A stretch of DNA of 64,000 nucleotides, taken from the NCBI GenBank assembly GCA_963801605.1, contig CAWDFP010000007.1, positions 224,001 to 288,000 on the forward strand. The letters run 5' to 3'. Position numbers and translations under genes: made by a program. Of this stretch, positions 46,046 to 59,835 are shown in pieces. The notes beneath the pieces were generated by a model. That model had not been told where the DNA came from, made no database searches, and worked only from the letters and a program-made list of their open reading frames with translations. Position 1 is the first letter of the stretch; each line of letters starts with the position of its first letter. The DNA is from an uncultured candidate division Zixibacteria bacterium. Lineage in GTDB: Bacteria > Zixibacteria > MSB-5A5 > UBA10806.

Positions 46046-47151
46046 TTATTTTTCCGGGGTTTTTACTTTTATTAGGTCGGGCGATCTTTCCGTTCCCATC
46101 AGCATTCCAATCGGCTTGAGCGGTTCGATATGATCAAAAATGATCTTGATTGCGGCCGTTATCGGCACCGCCAGGACAATACCGATCCCGCCCCAGATCC
46201 ATCCCCAGTAGGTTAGCGAAATGAGCGACGTCACCGCATTCAGATCTACCGATGTTGTGGTCAGCTTGGGAGTGATATAGTTTCCCTCAATCGCCTGCAA
46301 CACCAGAAAAAAGAGCGCCACATAAACCATTTGGATGACAGAATTATGCTGAATGCCCGTCACAATTATCGGAGCTACTGCCCCCAGGACTGAACCAATA
46401 TATGGAATTACATTGAGAAGCCCCGCTAACGGCCCCCAGATATAGGCATATTGTACATCGAGTATCAAAAGCCCGATCGTGGTCGCGATAGACAGCCCCA
46501 CAAATACGTAAAATCTTACCTGAAGATATCCCTTAATCTGCGAATTGATTTCCTGAATTATCTTATCGGTTTCCTCAACATGCTCTCCGCCGAAAACCAG
46601 GCGAAATTTCCTCTTAAAAAGATCGGATTCCAATAGCATGAATAATACCAGCGAAAATATAACGATGAGGCTCAGAATAAAGGCCGTAATGGAACTCACG
46701 CCTCTTAACAGAAATCCGCCGACCGATTGCACCTTATCAGCATCTACCGACATATTATTCTGGCTTTTCAGAAATGACGGCAACTTGTCGATCAAATTCT
46801 TTATGGCATTATTCCAGTTCTGTATTTCGGATATAATTTTCTCCTGATATTGAGGCAATGTTGACGCCAAATCCGAAATTTCGCCGATCAATAGAGCCGC
46901 CAGAAGGACAAATATTCCCACTACCGCTATCATCACGACCAGAACCGCCAGCCAGTGAGGCATCTTAAGCTTCTTCAGCAGATTCACTACCGGTAAAAGC
47001 AGATATGTCAGCGTCGCGGCTAATACGATTGGTATCAGCACCGGTCCCGCAAAATAGAAGAACGCCGTCCCCGCCGCTATCACCAGAATCGGCATGGTGA
47101 TAGTTTGCAAAGCCAGCTCTTTGGCCTCTGTTTTTTCAAGCTCGTCCATAA

Positions 47152-47155
<4 letters not shown>
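46046..47155 (-). CDS. AI-2E family transporter
   Basis: Multi-TM; LNVIPYIG, QAIEGNYITPKL, WGWIWGGIGIVLAVPITA. Confidence 0.9.
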
Positions 47156-49613
<2,458 letters not shown>

Positions 49614-49615
49614 TT

Positions 49616-49644
49616 ATAATATCATCATATCATTTTGATGTCAA
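49616..49644 (-). promoter_or_regulatory. sigma70 promoter of ligA
   Basis: TTGACA-17 nt-TATTAT, 7 nt upstream of the ATG. Confidence 0.65.
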
Positions 49645-49707
49645 TTTTATCAAATAGCTTAATTATATTAAAATTGCCATCGAAAAGTCCCAACGGCCGA
49701 TTTTAAC

Positions 49708-50743
49708 TTATTTTTTACGCTTCAATTTCAAATAGTAACTCTTTAAAGATTCATTAGATCGAGAATGCAGTCGCGCCATAGCCGTCAAATGAATCACATC
49801 TTTTCGAGATATTTTCACCGGAGGTCCAACCATAGTCTGCACCGGATTGGCGGCAACTAACGTCAGCGTTTCCCGCGCCAAAAATACTGGCACCGTTAAA
49901 AACATTCTCACGCCCTTCAATCGTTCAGGTAATAAAACTGTATAAGAGATAGCATCGTCAAGATGCTGCCCGGCATTTGCCGCTAAATCACCGACAAATG
50001 CGCTTAACGCTTTCTTTTGCCTGCCATCGCTAAGCGATGATGGCGTAAGACTGTGCTTCTCCATCAAATCTTTTGGCAGGAAAACGACCCCTCTGGCCAT
50101 ATCGCCAGGAACATCCTTAATGGTATTAACCTTCTGCAAACCGAGACCAAATGAGTCGCACAAACGCATCATTTCAAGAGCAATATTCTTTTCCGGGCCA
50201 TATTGAGATATAAATAGATCGGTTAACATTCTTCCAACTGTCCCGGCGACATAATAGCAGTAGCGATCCCACTGGGCGACTGAATCAAGTGCTACTATCC
50301 GGCCCTCCCCAGGCGCCGTAATTTCCGAAAACTCGGCCATCCCGCCGGCCATCACCCCCGCCCAATGATAGATAATGCGCCTCTTATCAAGAGGAAGCTC
50401 TTTCAGTACCTCGAATAATTCCTGGCTTTTGGTTAAAAGCCGATGATCATCTCCTCGCGAGGGAATCAACTGCCAAAAAAAGCGGGGCAATCTCATCTGG
50501 TGCAATTGAATCCCCTTCAGCGCCGGCCATAAGCAGTCTCTTTAAATGCATCAAACGAGCCTGCTTTTCATCAGGTGCAATAAATGGCGAATCCTCGATT
50601 GTGTCGGCTACCCGGCAAAGCAGGTAGGCGGTAAAGACCGTATGCCGAAGCTCCACCGGAAGGAATTTTATCGCCAGGGCAAAAGTCCGGCTTACCCTGG
50701 GGATAAACTCATTGACAAAATGCTCATTTTCCTTTTTAGCCAT
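49708..50743 (-). CDS. Squalene/phytoene synthase family protein; +1 frameshift near 50466
   Basis: VSRTFALAI, YLLCRVADTIED, YCYYVAGTVG, GLGLQKVNTIKD. Confidence 0.87.
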
Positions 50744-50856
50744 TGCATTAATTTATCAAGATGATGCCGATAAATCCATAGTTAATAATGATGAATAATC
50801 AACGATTCGCTCTTAATCAAAGAGCTTTCGGGAGGCCCCTATTCGAGATATCTCAA

Positions 50857-51390
50857 CTAGTTATTATCGTCGATAACAGTAATTTCCATCTCCAGTCCAT
50901 GATCGAAAACATAAACATCAGAGGGATACTTCAATACCCTCAATATAAACCAGAAATCGCCGCCGGCACCCGAAATCCCTATTACGAATATAATGGCCGA
51001 AATGAATTTCAGGTCAGCAGATTGAAATACTGTATGGCCGGCCAATCCGATAACCCCCAGGACAATCGCCGGGGCTAAGGCATAAATTATATAGTGCTTA
51101 CGAAGCAACGGCCCTTGTAAACGGCATTCCCAGGTTAGCAGTCTAATTTTCAATCTCGCCTTGGCATTCCGGGAAAATAGGTTAGCCGCGAGCATATGTA
51201 TTCCTTCATGGGCAAACATCAAAATAATTGCCAGGATAATTAAAAATATTAATCCTCCTCCCCTGGCCCAGGCTGGTACATCTGTTTGCCATAGACCCTT
51301 ATAAACTAAAAGATAAAGTACAATCGCAATTACCAGTGCAACCACATTAACCAATATTGGATTAGCTTTGATTTCGCCGATCTTTTTCAT
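50857..51390 (-). CDS. Membrane zincin-like protein (DUF3267-like)
   Basis: HEGIH motif within a TM region, ALAP, GAGGDFW. Confidence 0.75.
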   Translation of the reverse strand: MKKIGEIKANPILVNVVALVIAIVLYLLVYKGLWQTDVPAWARGGGLIFLIILAIILMFAHEGIHMLAANLFSRNAKARLKIRLLTWECRLQGPLLRKHYIIYALAPAIVLGVIGLAGHTVFQSADLKFISAIIFVIGISGAGGDFWFILRVLKYPSDVYVFDHGLEMEITVIDDNN

Positions 51391-51459
51391 GATTTGCCAA
51401 ATATTCTCGTGGTTAATTTCATGATTAGTTTACTCTACAAACGGCATGGTAGAAGGGAA

Positions 51460-51487
51460 TGGCGTCAGGAAACTCTTCCCGACGCCA
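51460..51487. terminator. Hairpin after the MFS gene (terminator or REP-like)
   Basis: TGGCGTCAGGAA-ACTC-TTCCCGACGCCA. Confidence 0.5.
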
Positions 51488-51523
51488 AAATAATACTAAA
51501 ATCGGTTTGAAACCGATATCTCG

Positions 51524-52996
51524 TTAAGATTTTGAGGCAGGCGCAGTCTGAGGTACCGGAATCGCCTTCCAAATTCTCATCGCCAGATAAAATCCTAAAA
51601 GAGTAAACGGCACCAAAAAGACCGGCCACCAACCCCAATTGTGGGTCGTGATAAATCCAAGCGACAGCGACTGAACGCCGGTCCCCAGATAGACAAATCC
51701 ATCGATCAGCCCGACTGCTGTCCCTGCGCCGCGGCGGCCTCCAAAATCCATGGTCGATGTACCCGAGAGAACACCGTGAGTCCCGATCACGCAGAATGAC
51801 ATCGCCACGGCCGCAATGGCGAGAATTGTTTGGTCACCCATAACCACGAAAATCATTGTCAGAACGCAAAAGAACATGGCGCCATATAAAATCGCCGCCA
51901 CAGGTCCCCGTCTCGATTTGAATAGCCAATCCGAAATCGTTCCGGCAAACATACCGCCGAAAACTCCGGCCAGCATCAGGAGAAGTCCCCAGTTGGCTAC
52001 CATAAATGAATCGCTGGGCGCTTTTATGAAATCTTTTAGGAATATTGGATACCAGTGCATGACTCCGTTGCGAAGAACTCCGGTGCAAAATTCGATGAAA
52101 GCGATTGTTAAGAGAATTTTATTGGTCAATACCTTTTTCAGGATATCCATGAGCTTTATCGGTTTATCTTCGTCGCCGGAGGTGGCATCAGCAGTATATA
52201 TATTGGGGAAACCGGCGCCGCTTGGCATATCCCGAATAATAAGGAAATCAAGAATCGCAAAAATTACCAGAATTCCCGCCGGTACGAAAAAAACCATCCA
52301 GGTTTGATCTATCGGAGTTCCGGCCGATCCCAGCAAACCTCGCAAGAGTGTCTGAATCCAATTGAGATTAACATCCACAACGGCCTTGGTGGCATTGACT
52401 ACTGCCAGACCCCAATCAAACGCAAAAAACAGCCCTAATGAGATCAGGATTCCAAATATCCCTCCAAATGTGCCGCGTTCACGGACATGAAACCAGCCGG
52501 CATTGACCTTGACGATTGCAACTGCGCCAAAGCTCTGGAAATACATATTAAGAGCATATAGCAGCACAAACCAGAATGTAAGATTAACATTCCATTGTTT
52601 TGCCAATTGCCCGTATACCAGGAATCCCATGGCTACATTGGCCAGAGCTGCTCCCAGTGCCGAAACAATAATTGCTCTTTTGCCGCCAAATTTATCGGTT
52701 AGGGGACCGTTGATCAAAAATGAGATGGCATATACAAAAGCTCCGACTCCAAAGATCGTCCCAAAGCTTTCTTTGGACATCAGGCTGCCCAAAGCGTTTT
52801 TCGAAACCGTCAAATTATAACGCGCCATGTAAAGAAATGCGTAAGTAAAACCCAGAGGCAGCCAGTTAATGGCCCGCCGCGTTTTATAGGCGACAGAATG
52901 CTCTACTGCGGGATTCTGCCTGAATATATCCATTAGGATATAAGCCAATACGATGAAAAAAGGCAGATACGATAAAAAGGCGACCAAAAAATTCAT
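51524..52996 (-). CDS. MFS transporter, GlpT/UhpC (organophosphate:Pi antiporter)-like
   Basis: YAFLYMARYN, WFHVRERG, SDWLFKSRRGP, AGTAVGLIDGFVYLG; GGAGGA RBS before ATG 52996. Confidence 0.85.
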   Translation of the reverse strand: MNFLVAFLSYLPFFIVLAYILMDIFRQNPAVEHSVAYKTRRAINWLPLGFTYAFLYMARYNLTVSKNALGSLMSKESFGTIFGVGAFVYAISFLINGPLTDKFGGKRAIIVSALGAALANVAMGFLVYGQLAKQWNVNLTFWFVLLYALNMYFQSFGAVAIVKVNAGWFHVRERGTFGGIFGILISLGLFFAFDWGLAVVNATKAVVDVNLNWIQTLLRGLLGSAGTPIDQTWMVFFVPAGILVIFAILDFLIIRDMPSGAGFPNIYTADATSGDEDKPIKLMDILKKVLTNKILLTIAFIEFCTGVLRNGVMHWYPIFLKDFIKAPSDSFMVANWGLLLMLAGVFGGMFAGTISDWLFKSRRGPVAAILYGAMFFCVLTMIFVVMGDQTILAIAAVAMSFCVIGTHGVLSGTSTMDFGGRRGAGTAVGLIDGFVYLGTGVQSLSLGFITTHNWGWWPVFLVPFTLLGFYLAMRIWKAIPVPQTAPASKS

Positions 52997-53505
52997 AAGA
53001 TCCTCCGGGCGCAATGGGCTTCACATGTCCCGTTTATGCTATCAGCGATTAGGCTGGTGAATTTGTAAAAGAAATAAATATTCAATCCGCTAATTTGATA
53101 TCGTTTGACTAATTTGGCCCCCGATGAATTCTCTTGATTGGCAAGCCTATAGGGCTTGAAGGAATCATTTTGCATAACAAATTAATATACCCTGACTATA
53201 AAGGAGTTTCAAGCGAAAATAGATTTGATATTCTGACTTTTAAATATCTCTTGACTTAATCCGCTATTCTCTTTTCTTATATAAGGGATATAGGCCGTTC
53301 ATTTTGTTTATCATTTAGTATTCAAAGTCTACCTGAATTGGACCGGTTGTTGAACCTGTTGACCAAATACCTCTGTTCTTCGGTAAAAAACGCAAGCTGC
53401 ATTTCGTATTAAAGCAGAATTTAGGTCCGGATTATTTATGTAATCCGAAAAATATGATTATTTACAGCTTATTTCTTTCTTGCAACGGGAGCTAAGGAGT
53501 TGACT

Positions 53506-56500
53506 ATGAAAAACGTTAAGATTTTGTTATTGGTGATAGTTATGGCAGCTGGAGTTCGGGCTGCGACGCCGGGTGGGTCTACTCCAACCCCAAAGGTACT
53601 GGATAACGTTTTATTTGAGGATTTCGAAAATCCGTCGGGTTGGAACGGCGCTAATCCGGCAACGGGCTGGACTGTCATCGATAATGGCCAGGCTGACGGC
53701 GCCTGGGACAGCTATGATTGGTCAAAGTACTCAGCCTGGGGCGGAGGTACTGCCAGGGTGAGCGGGGCGTCTGCCAACCGCTATAACAACGATTGGCTCA
53801 TCTCCCCCGCCGTTGATTTTAGCTCCTCAACCGCTTGCACCCTCTCCTATCGTCACTATTATGATGATTATCTCACTCAGGATGCTGACTCCGCACTGGT
53901 GCTCCTTTCAAACGATAATGGTTCAACCTGGGGCGACACCGTTATGGTATACGCGGGCGCCGATTACGGCAGTGATTCAGTCCCCGATAGCGAATATTTT
54001 AATATTTCGTCATTTGCGGCCGGATATAGCCAGGTTGTAGTCGCATTTCAATATGTCAAACGCCAGGCTGTTGTGACCGGCTCCTGGCGTATTGATGATG
54101 TTAATCTGCGCGCCGATGGCGCTTCCCTATTAATTCAGAATTTCGACTCCGGCTGGGGCCCCTATGGCGACAATCCTCCCGCCAATTGGACGCTTCTCGA
54201 TATCCATGTGGTTAAATGGGATGATAACGATTGGCATCAGGCTAACGTAGCTAACTGGGGGAATATCGCCGATGTCTTCTGGTCTCCTATAGAGCAACAA
54301 AATGAATTTCTTATCAGCCCGGTCGTAGATTTATCCGTGGGTACCATTGATATCCACTTGACGCTCAAACAATGGTACGACGACCAGGCCGGCAACACCG
54401 ATACGGCTTTTATCCTTGGCTCTATCAATGGTGGCAGTACCTGGCCGGAGACTCTCGCCGTTTATGCCGGTTCCGATCGGGGTTCGCTTTCCACTCCAGC
54501 TTACGATACCCTTGAAATGACGAACTGGGCCAATTACGAATCCAACATTAAAATAGGTTTCAAATATGTAGGCAACAACAATGGCCGCTGGTATATCGAT
54601 AGCGTCGGAGTGGATCGAATCGATATGTATACCAACGATGTCAAAGTCGATTCCATCACTAAACCGCCTGAAGTCACAATCACAGGCTATTACTGGCCAA
54701 TCTCGGCGGTCGTGCAGAATGTAGGAGTCTATACCAACACTTTTGAAGTTGTTTATCAGATATTCGATTCCACAGAGGCTCTCGTATATGCGGATTCTCA
54801 ATCGGTAACCGGCTTAACAAGCCTTGAAAGACGGACAATAAACTTTAATCCCTGGCATGCCGCTGAATCAAATTCCCATTCTATTAAATGTTTTACTCGA
54901 ATGTTTATCGATCTGGACCACGCCAACGATACTCTGCTGGCCAATACCATGACTTATCCTCATATCGGCCATGCCGGACCGGCTGAGGGTTGGTCCTACA
55001 ATGATAATATCACCGGCGATGGACCTCTCTTTAACTGGGTTGATATCCGCAGCATTGGAACTGAAATAAACTTTTCCGATCCTGACAACGCCAATTCCGG
55101 CATGATTGATATGGGCATTAATTTTAGCTATTTTGGACAGACTTATTCAAGGATCGCCGTTTCTACCGATGGCTGGTTATCGTTCGAGGATTCGCTTGGT
55201 ATCGATCACACCCCATCCGCCATCCCCGATCCCGATGGCCCTCAGGCGATGATAGCGCTCCTCTGGAATGATCTCCATCTGCGAACCGGCCATGCTTACT
55301 ATCATCAGGATCCCGTTTTATACAGATTCATTGTGCAATTTGATAGCGTTGAGTATGCCGATATCCCCGGCTCGGATATTGGTATGGAGATCATATTCGA
55401 CGCTCCCGCCAATTCAATCAAAATGCAGTATAGCTATTTCGCTGACGGTTCGAATTCTGATGTCTCTATCGGACTTGAAAATCAAGCCCAGGATATCGGC
55501 CTCTCCTATAGTAATGGAGAAATCGGACAATCCCCACAACCGGGTTTGGCGATTACCTATACTTATCTTCCGCCGCATGATGTCAAAGCGCTGGCTATCG
55601 ATCAGCCTGTAGATTTGGTGCGCAATGGCGGGAATTTCGACATCGTTGCCAGAATCCAAAACGTTGGAGCCAACTCCGAAAGTTTCGAGGTTACCGCCAG
55701 CGATAATCATGGTTTTAGTAACACTCAAATCGTCAGCGATCTGGCATCGCTGGCTACCGATACTGTCACGTTCTCCGATTGGCCGATTTCCAGCGAATGT
55801 GAAACATACGCTTTAAGGGTATTCTGCAACCTGGGCGAGGATTCCAATCGTTCCAACGATACCGTTCAAACTCAAATTTATGCAATAGCTGCGGCCAACC
55901 TTTCCTATATTTATGATGACGGCGTTATCCTGGCCCGTGTCATTTCTAACGATACGACTGATGTAATTGCCGCCAAATTTAATAGCGCCTATGAGAATGC
56001 GACTCTCTCCGCAATATCTTATAAATTTCTAAATCAGGATGAGCTGCCTTATCCAACGGGACTTGATTCGGCCAAAGCTTGTATTTTCATCGATGCCGAT
56101 AATGACGGTCTTCCTGATGCCCAACCTATTTATAGCCACCGTCTGGAGGTCGCCAAAACCGGCTGGACAATCTGGGATATTGGTTGTGATACGAATTTGG
56201 TAATTAACTGTAAAAACATTTGGGCCGGATACTCAATCATAGATTCGCCGTATGCCGCTATCGGGGTTGATAGAAACCTCGAATTTCCGGATAATAAATG
56301 GGTTAGAGAGTACGGACAATGGCATCTTCTTGGTGATGCTTACGGAGATTACATGATCAGGGCTTATGTCCTGGCAGATACCTCTACTCAACCCCAGCTT
56401 GCCCTGGCCACCAGGAATATTATCGGAGCGGCCGCGCCTGAAAAGATTGATACTGTCGCATCCTATATTGAAAATATCGGAACCGGATGCGAGCTTGGCT

Positions 56501-57760
56501 ATCATGTCACCATCAATCAAACCAATCAGCGTATATTGGATGAGCCGACTCCCGATATACCTGTTATAACCAGGGAAAACGGGCAAATCGACATCATTAA
56601 TATTCATGATCCTTCCTATGGCAATAATTCGCCTGACCTTCCCCGCACTCTGGCCAACGGCGGTCCCGATAATTACGGTTATACCTGGGTTGATTCCAAT
56701 GATCCGCGCGGCCCTCTCTATCGTTGGATTGATATTTCGGCAATCGGAACTCCTGTCACTTGGAGTAATGGCGACAACGATGATGGCTTTACAAATCCAA
56801 TCCCGATGGGAATGACATTCAACTACTACGGCGCCAACTATGATAGCGTGGTGATTTCCTCCAATGGCTGGATTTCGTTCAGACCGGTTATCGATGATGG
56901 TTTCGCGCACTCGTCCAATGCCGGAATCCCAGCCCCAGGCGAATTTAATACCCTTCTCGCCGTGGAATGGGACAATCTGATTGCCGGCGTTGGCGGCAAC
57001 TGCTATCTTTATCATGATACCGCCGCTGGAGTTTTCATCATCTCATGGCTCAATTGGGCGCATGTGCCGGGTCAGACCGATACCCACAATTTCCAGGCAA
57101 TACTCGATGCCACTCGCGGGACAATCCTTTACCAGTATGGTTTGGGCACATATCCGTCAGATATGACTGTCGGCATTCAGAATTCGGACGGTGCCGATGG
57201 TTTGCAGGTAATTTACAATCAGCCCTATCTGACACAGGATTTGGCAGTCCTTTTCGAGCCGCCGATCTTCTGGCTTTCCACGGACCTGGCTAACGGAATT
57301 CTGCCGGCGGGCAGTGGACAATTTCCATTCAAGGTGTTTATGAACGCCTCCGGCTTGCCGGGTGGCGCTTACAACGGCTCCATAATTATCAGCAGCACCG
57401 ACATCCAGGAGCCGGTAGCCGTAATAAATGTTCAATTCGAGATTGAGGGCGTATGCTCTTATGTTGTTGGTGATGTCAATGGCTCAGGGGCAGGCAACGG
57501 CGTTGATGTGACCTTCATGGTCAGCTATTTCAAAGGCGGTAACACGCCACACGAGGAATGCCCGCCATGCGCAGAATCTGGGCGCCAACATGCTTTATCC
57601 TCAGGGTGATGTTAACGGCTCTTGCAGCTGGAACGGCCTCGATGTGACCTATTTCGTGAGCTATCTCAAAGGGACCGGCCCCGCGCTCCGCTTCTGTGCC
57701 GACTGCCCACCCGGCGCCAGGCTCCTGCCGCCCGCGCCTATCGAGGTGATATCAAAATAA
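53506..57760 (+). CDS. Very large exported modular protein (two cleaved-adhesin/MAM-like domains, CARDB-like Ig, two NIDO-like modules, C-terminal dockerin); +1 frameshift near 57573
   Basis: Signal peptide; FEDFE...WLISP..W.IDDV; GPD..YxWxD modules; the corrected tail reads GDVNGSCSWNGLDVTYFVSYLKG...FCADCPP to TAA at 57760. No catalytic motif recognised. Confidence 0.85.
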
Positions 57761-57790
57761 AAGTGAGAATCAAATAGATGATTTTCATAG

Positions 57791-57819
57791 CCGGGGACCC
57801 CTGCGGTCCCCGGTTTTTT
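57791..57819 (+). terminator. Intrinsic terminator
   Basis: CCGGGGACC-CCTGC-GGTCCCCGG-TTTTTT. Confidence 0.88.
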
Positions 57820-57864
57820 ATGTAGATTTCTTTAAGCGGCCAGTTTATCTGGCCACGATATTAT

Positions 57865-59574
57865 CTATATCCTATCAGGCGGGCAGTCATAACAGAAACG
57901 GAGCCTGCCATAACGACCCTTTAAATAACTTATATAAAATGTGACATCCATACCATTGAAGCAGCAGGAGCCGTTGACATCTCCTGCTGCATAGAAGGGC
58001 CTAATTATTCCCTGACAATCGCAGTCAACAGACAGAGGCGCTCCCCCTCCTTTAAGGTAGTTAACTGCATTGACAACATCTGCGCCGTTTTTAAGACTAT
58101 CACCGTTCAAATCTCCCAACAGATAACTGCATCTTACAGGACCCTCCCGAAATGAAAATTGCTCAATAAGCGGTGTTGTTGGTATTAAGTCAGCCGGTAT
58201 TTTCTGGTAGATAACATAGTTTTGAGTATAACTGCCCTCTTCCTCTTGAGCCACTCCGGCATCCTTATCCAGGATATAGGTGATATGCAGCGTGTCATTT
58301 ACTACATCAAGGAGCGAAGCCTGTATTTCAGAGGAGCAGTCTCCGGGGTGGCAGCGACTGGTGTGGGTATCGGTAATATTAACCCCTGTTGACCAGTTGA
58401 GGCCATTATCAGTTGATACCGTAATCCATAGGTCGGCGACGCCATATCCCAGATAGGATCTTTCATCAGGATAATAGCGCTCATAGAGCATATAAAGGTA
58501 GCTGTTGGCAGGATTTATGGCCATTTGGGGCCTGTTTACGGTGCGGCTGCAATAGCCGAGGATAGCGTTATCGGCAGGATCCCGCAACCAGCCATCGGCA
58601 ACTACAGTGAATGAATCTGTTACCTCGCTCCAGTGCCAGATAAAACACATATTAAATTCCGCTCTATAGCTGTCCGGCTCCGCCCTGTTTATCTTAAGCT
58701 CCAGGTTATTGAAAGCGATATGGATATTATCAGCATAATCAATTATTAAATCGCTGCCATAATAAGGCCGGAAGGGATCGCTTTCGGCACAGTCGGTAAC
58801 ATTAGTTTTGTCCTGGAAATCCCAATTGAGCCCATCAGAAGAGGTGATAAGGTAAATATCCTTGTCATCGAAGGGCCCCGAAGAGCTATGATGAAGAAAG
58901 TCCCTCTGCTTGTTGTAAATAACAGCTACCTTTTCTGTGACAGGCGATGTGGCAATACAATATCCGCCGCTTAAAGTATCGATAGCCTGCCAGCCGGTGA
59001 AAGTGTATGGTTGAAGATTGTAATTGGCATATATAAGCGTATATAAGCTAGGCCATATTTCACCTCTTGCGAGAATATGTACTGCGCCGTCATTAGTTAG
59101 AGCACCGATAGGGGTATTTTCATAAGGAAAACGAATGGTATCAAGCGGGCTAGACTCAAACTGATTTCCATTCCACCAGGAGCGATAGGTCGGAAAGCTG
59201 CCGGAAGCTCCATAGATCATTTCCAAAGCATCTCTGCCCCCTGAGCTGCCTCTAAGTAGCACAGAATGGTCCTCATGATTATAAACCCCGGGAAACATCT
59301 CAAGGCCGCTATCCCCATAAGCCCAACCGGAGTCAGGGTTGTAGAAATTGAAGGCGCTGCCGCCTGTAACCCAATAGTGGTCATACGGGGCGTAGGTCCA
59401 AACGATATAGATATTGCCGGTAACGCTGTCTCTGGCTATTTGAGGACCGGGATTTGCACAGCCAAACTGCTCCTCATGCCAGGTAATGCCAACCGTATCT
59501 ACCTCGCCTATGGGTTCGGACAAGGCAGATGAGAGTGCCAGAAGAGTTAAGAGCATTACTGCGAAAAGGCGCAA
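57865..59574 (-). CDS. Exported Asp-box/BNR beta-propeller-like protein with dockerin
   Basis: Probable start TTG 59574 (GGAGG 8 nt upstream; MRLFAVMLLTLLALSSALS); SSDGLNW and STDNGLNWS Asp-boxes; dockerin pair. Confidence 0.82.
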   Translation of the reverse strand: MRLFAVMLLTLLALSSALSEPIGEVDTVGITWHEEQFGCANPGPQIARDSVTGNIYIVWTYAPYDHYWVTGGSAFNFYNPDSGWAYGDSGLEMFPGVYNHEDHSVLLRGSSGGRDALEMIYGASGSFPTYRSWWNGNQFESSPLDTIRFPYENTPIGALTNDGAVHILARGEIWPSLYTLIYANYNLQPYTFTGWQAIDTLSGGYCIATSPVTEKVAVIYNKQRDFLHHSSSGPFDDKDIYLITSSDGLNWDFQDKTNVTDCAESDPFRPYYGSDLIIDYADNIHIAFNNLELKINRAEPDSYRAEFNMCFIWHWSEVTDSFTVVADGWLRDPADNAILGYCSRTVNRPQMAINPANSYLYMLYERYYPDERSYLGYGVADLWITVSTDNGLNWSTGVNITDTHTSRCHPGDCSSEIQASLLDVVNDTLHITYILDKDAGVAQEEEGSYTQNYVIYQKIPADLIPTTPLIEQFSFREGPVRCSYLLGDLNGDSLKNGADVVNAVNYLKGGGAPLSVDCDCQGIIRPFYAAGDVNGSCCFNGMDVTFYISYLKGRYGRLRFCYDCPPDRI

Positions 59575-59605
59575 TTGTTGTGCCTCCGGTTTTTCATGTT
59601 CTTTA

Positions 59606-59741
59606 TTACCAATATCTCGGAAATGGCGGGCAATCATAGCAGAAGCGAAGTTTCGGCTCTCTCCCCTTCAAGTAACCCACATAGAATGATTGTGGAAATA
59701 CTCATTAGAAACTGGCCAATTCTCAAAGAATAGAATTTCAT
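59606..59741 (-). pseudogene. Collapsed remnant of a third dockerin gene (signal-peptide start joined out of frame to a dockerin tail)
   Basis: GGAGG RBS plus MKFYSLRIGQFLMSISTIIL; 59686..59606 reads FYVGYLKGREPKLRFCYDCPPFPRYW*. Confidence 0.7.
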
Positions 59742-59835
59742 ACATTGTCCTCCGTTTGGATTAAATGTCCATTAAACCAAAAATAACTTCAATTGGGATA
59801 TCGAATTTGCCATTAACATATCTTCTTAAAAAACA

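Noticed and set aside
59575..59637. N-terminal extension MIARHFRD... of ORF 57865..59637
   Set aside because: Derived from the remnant gene's tail; TTG 59574 has the RBS and gives a clean signal peptide.
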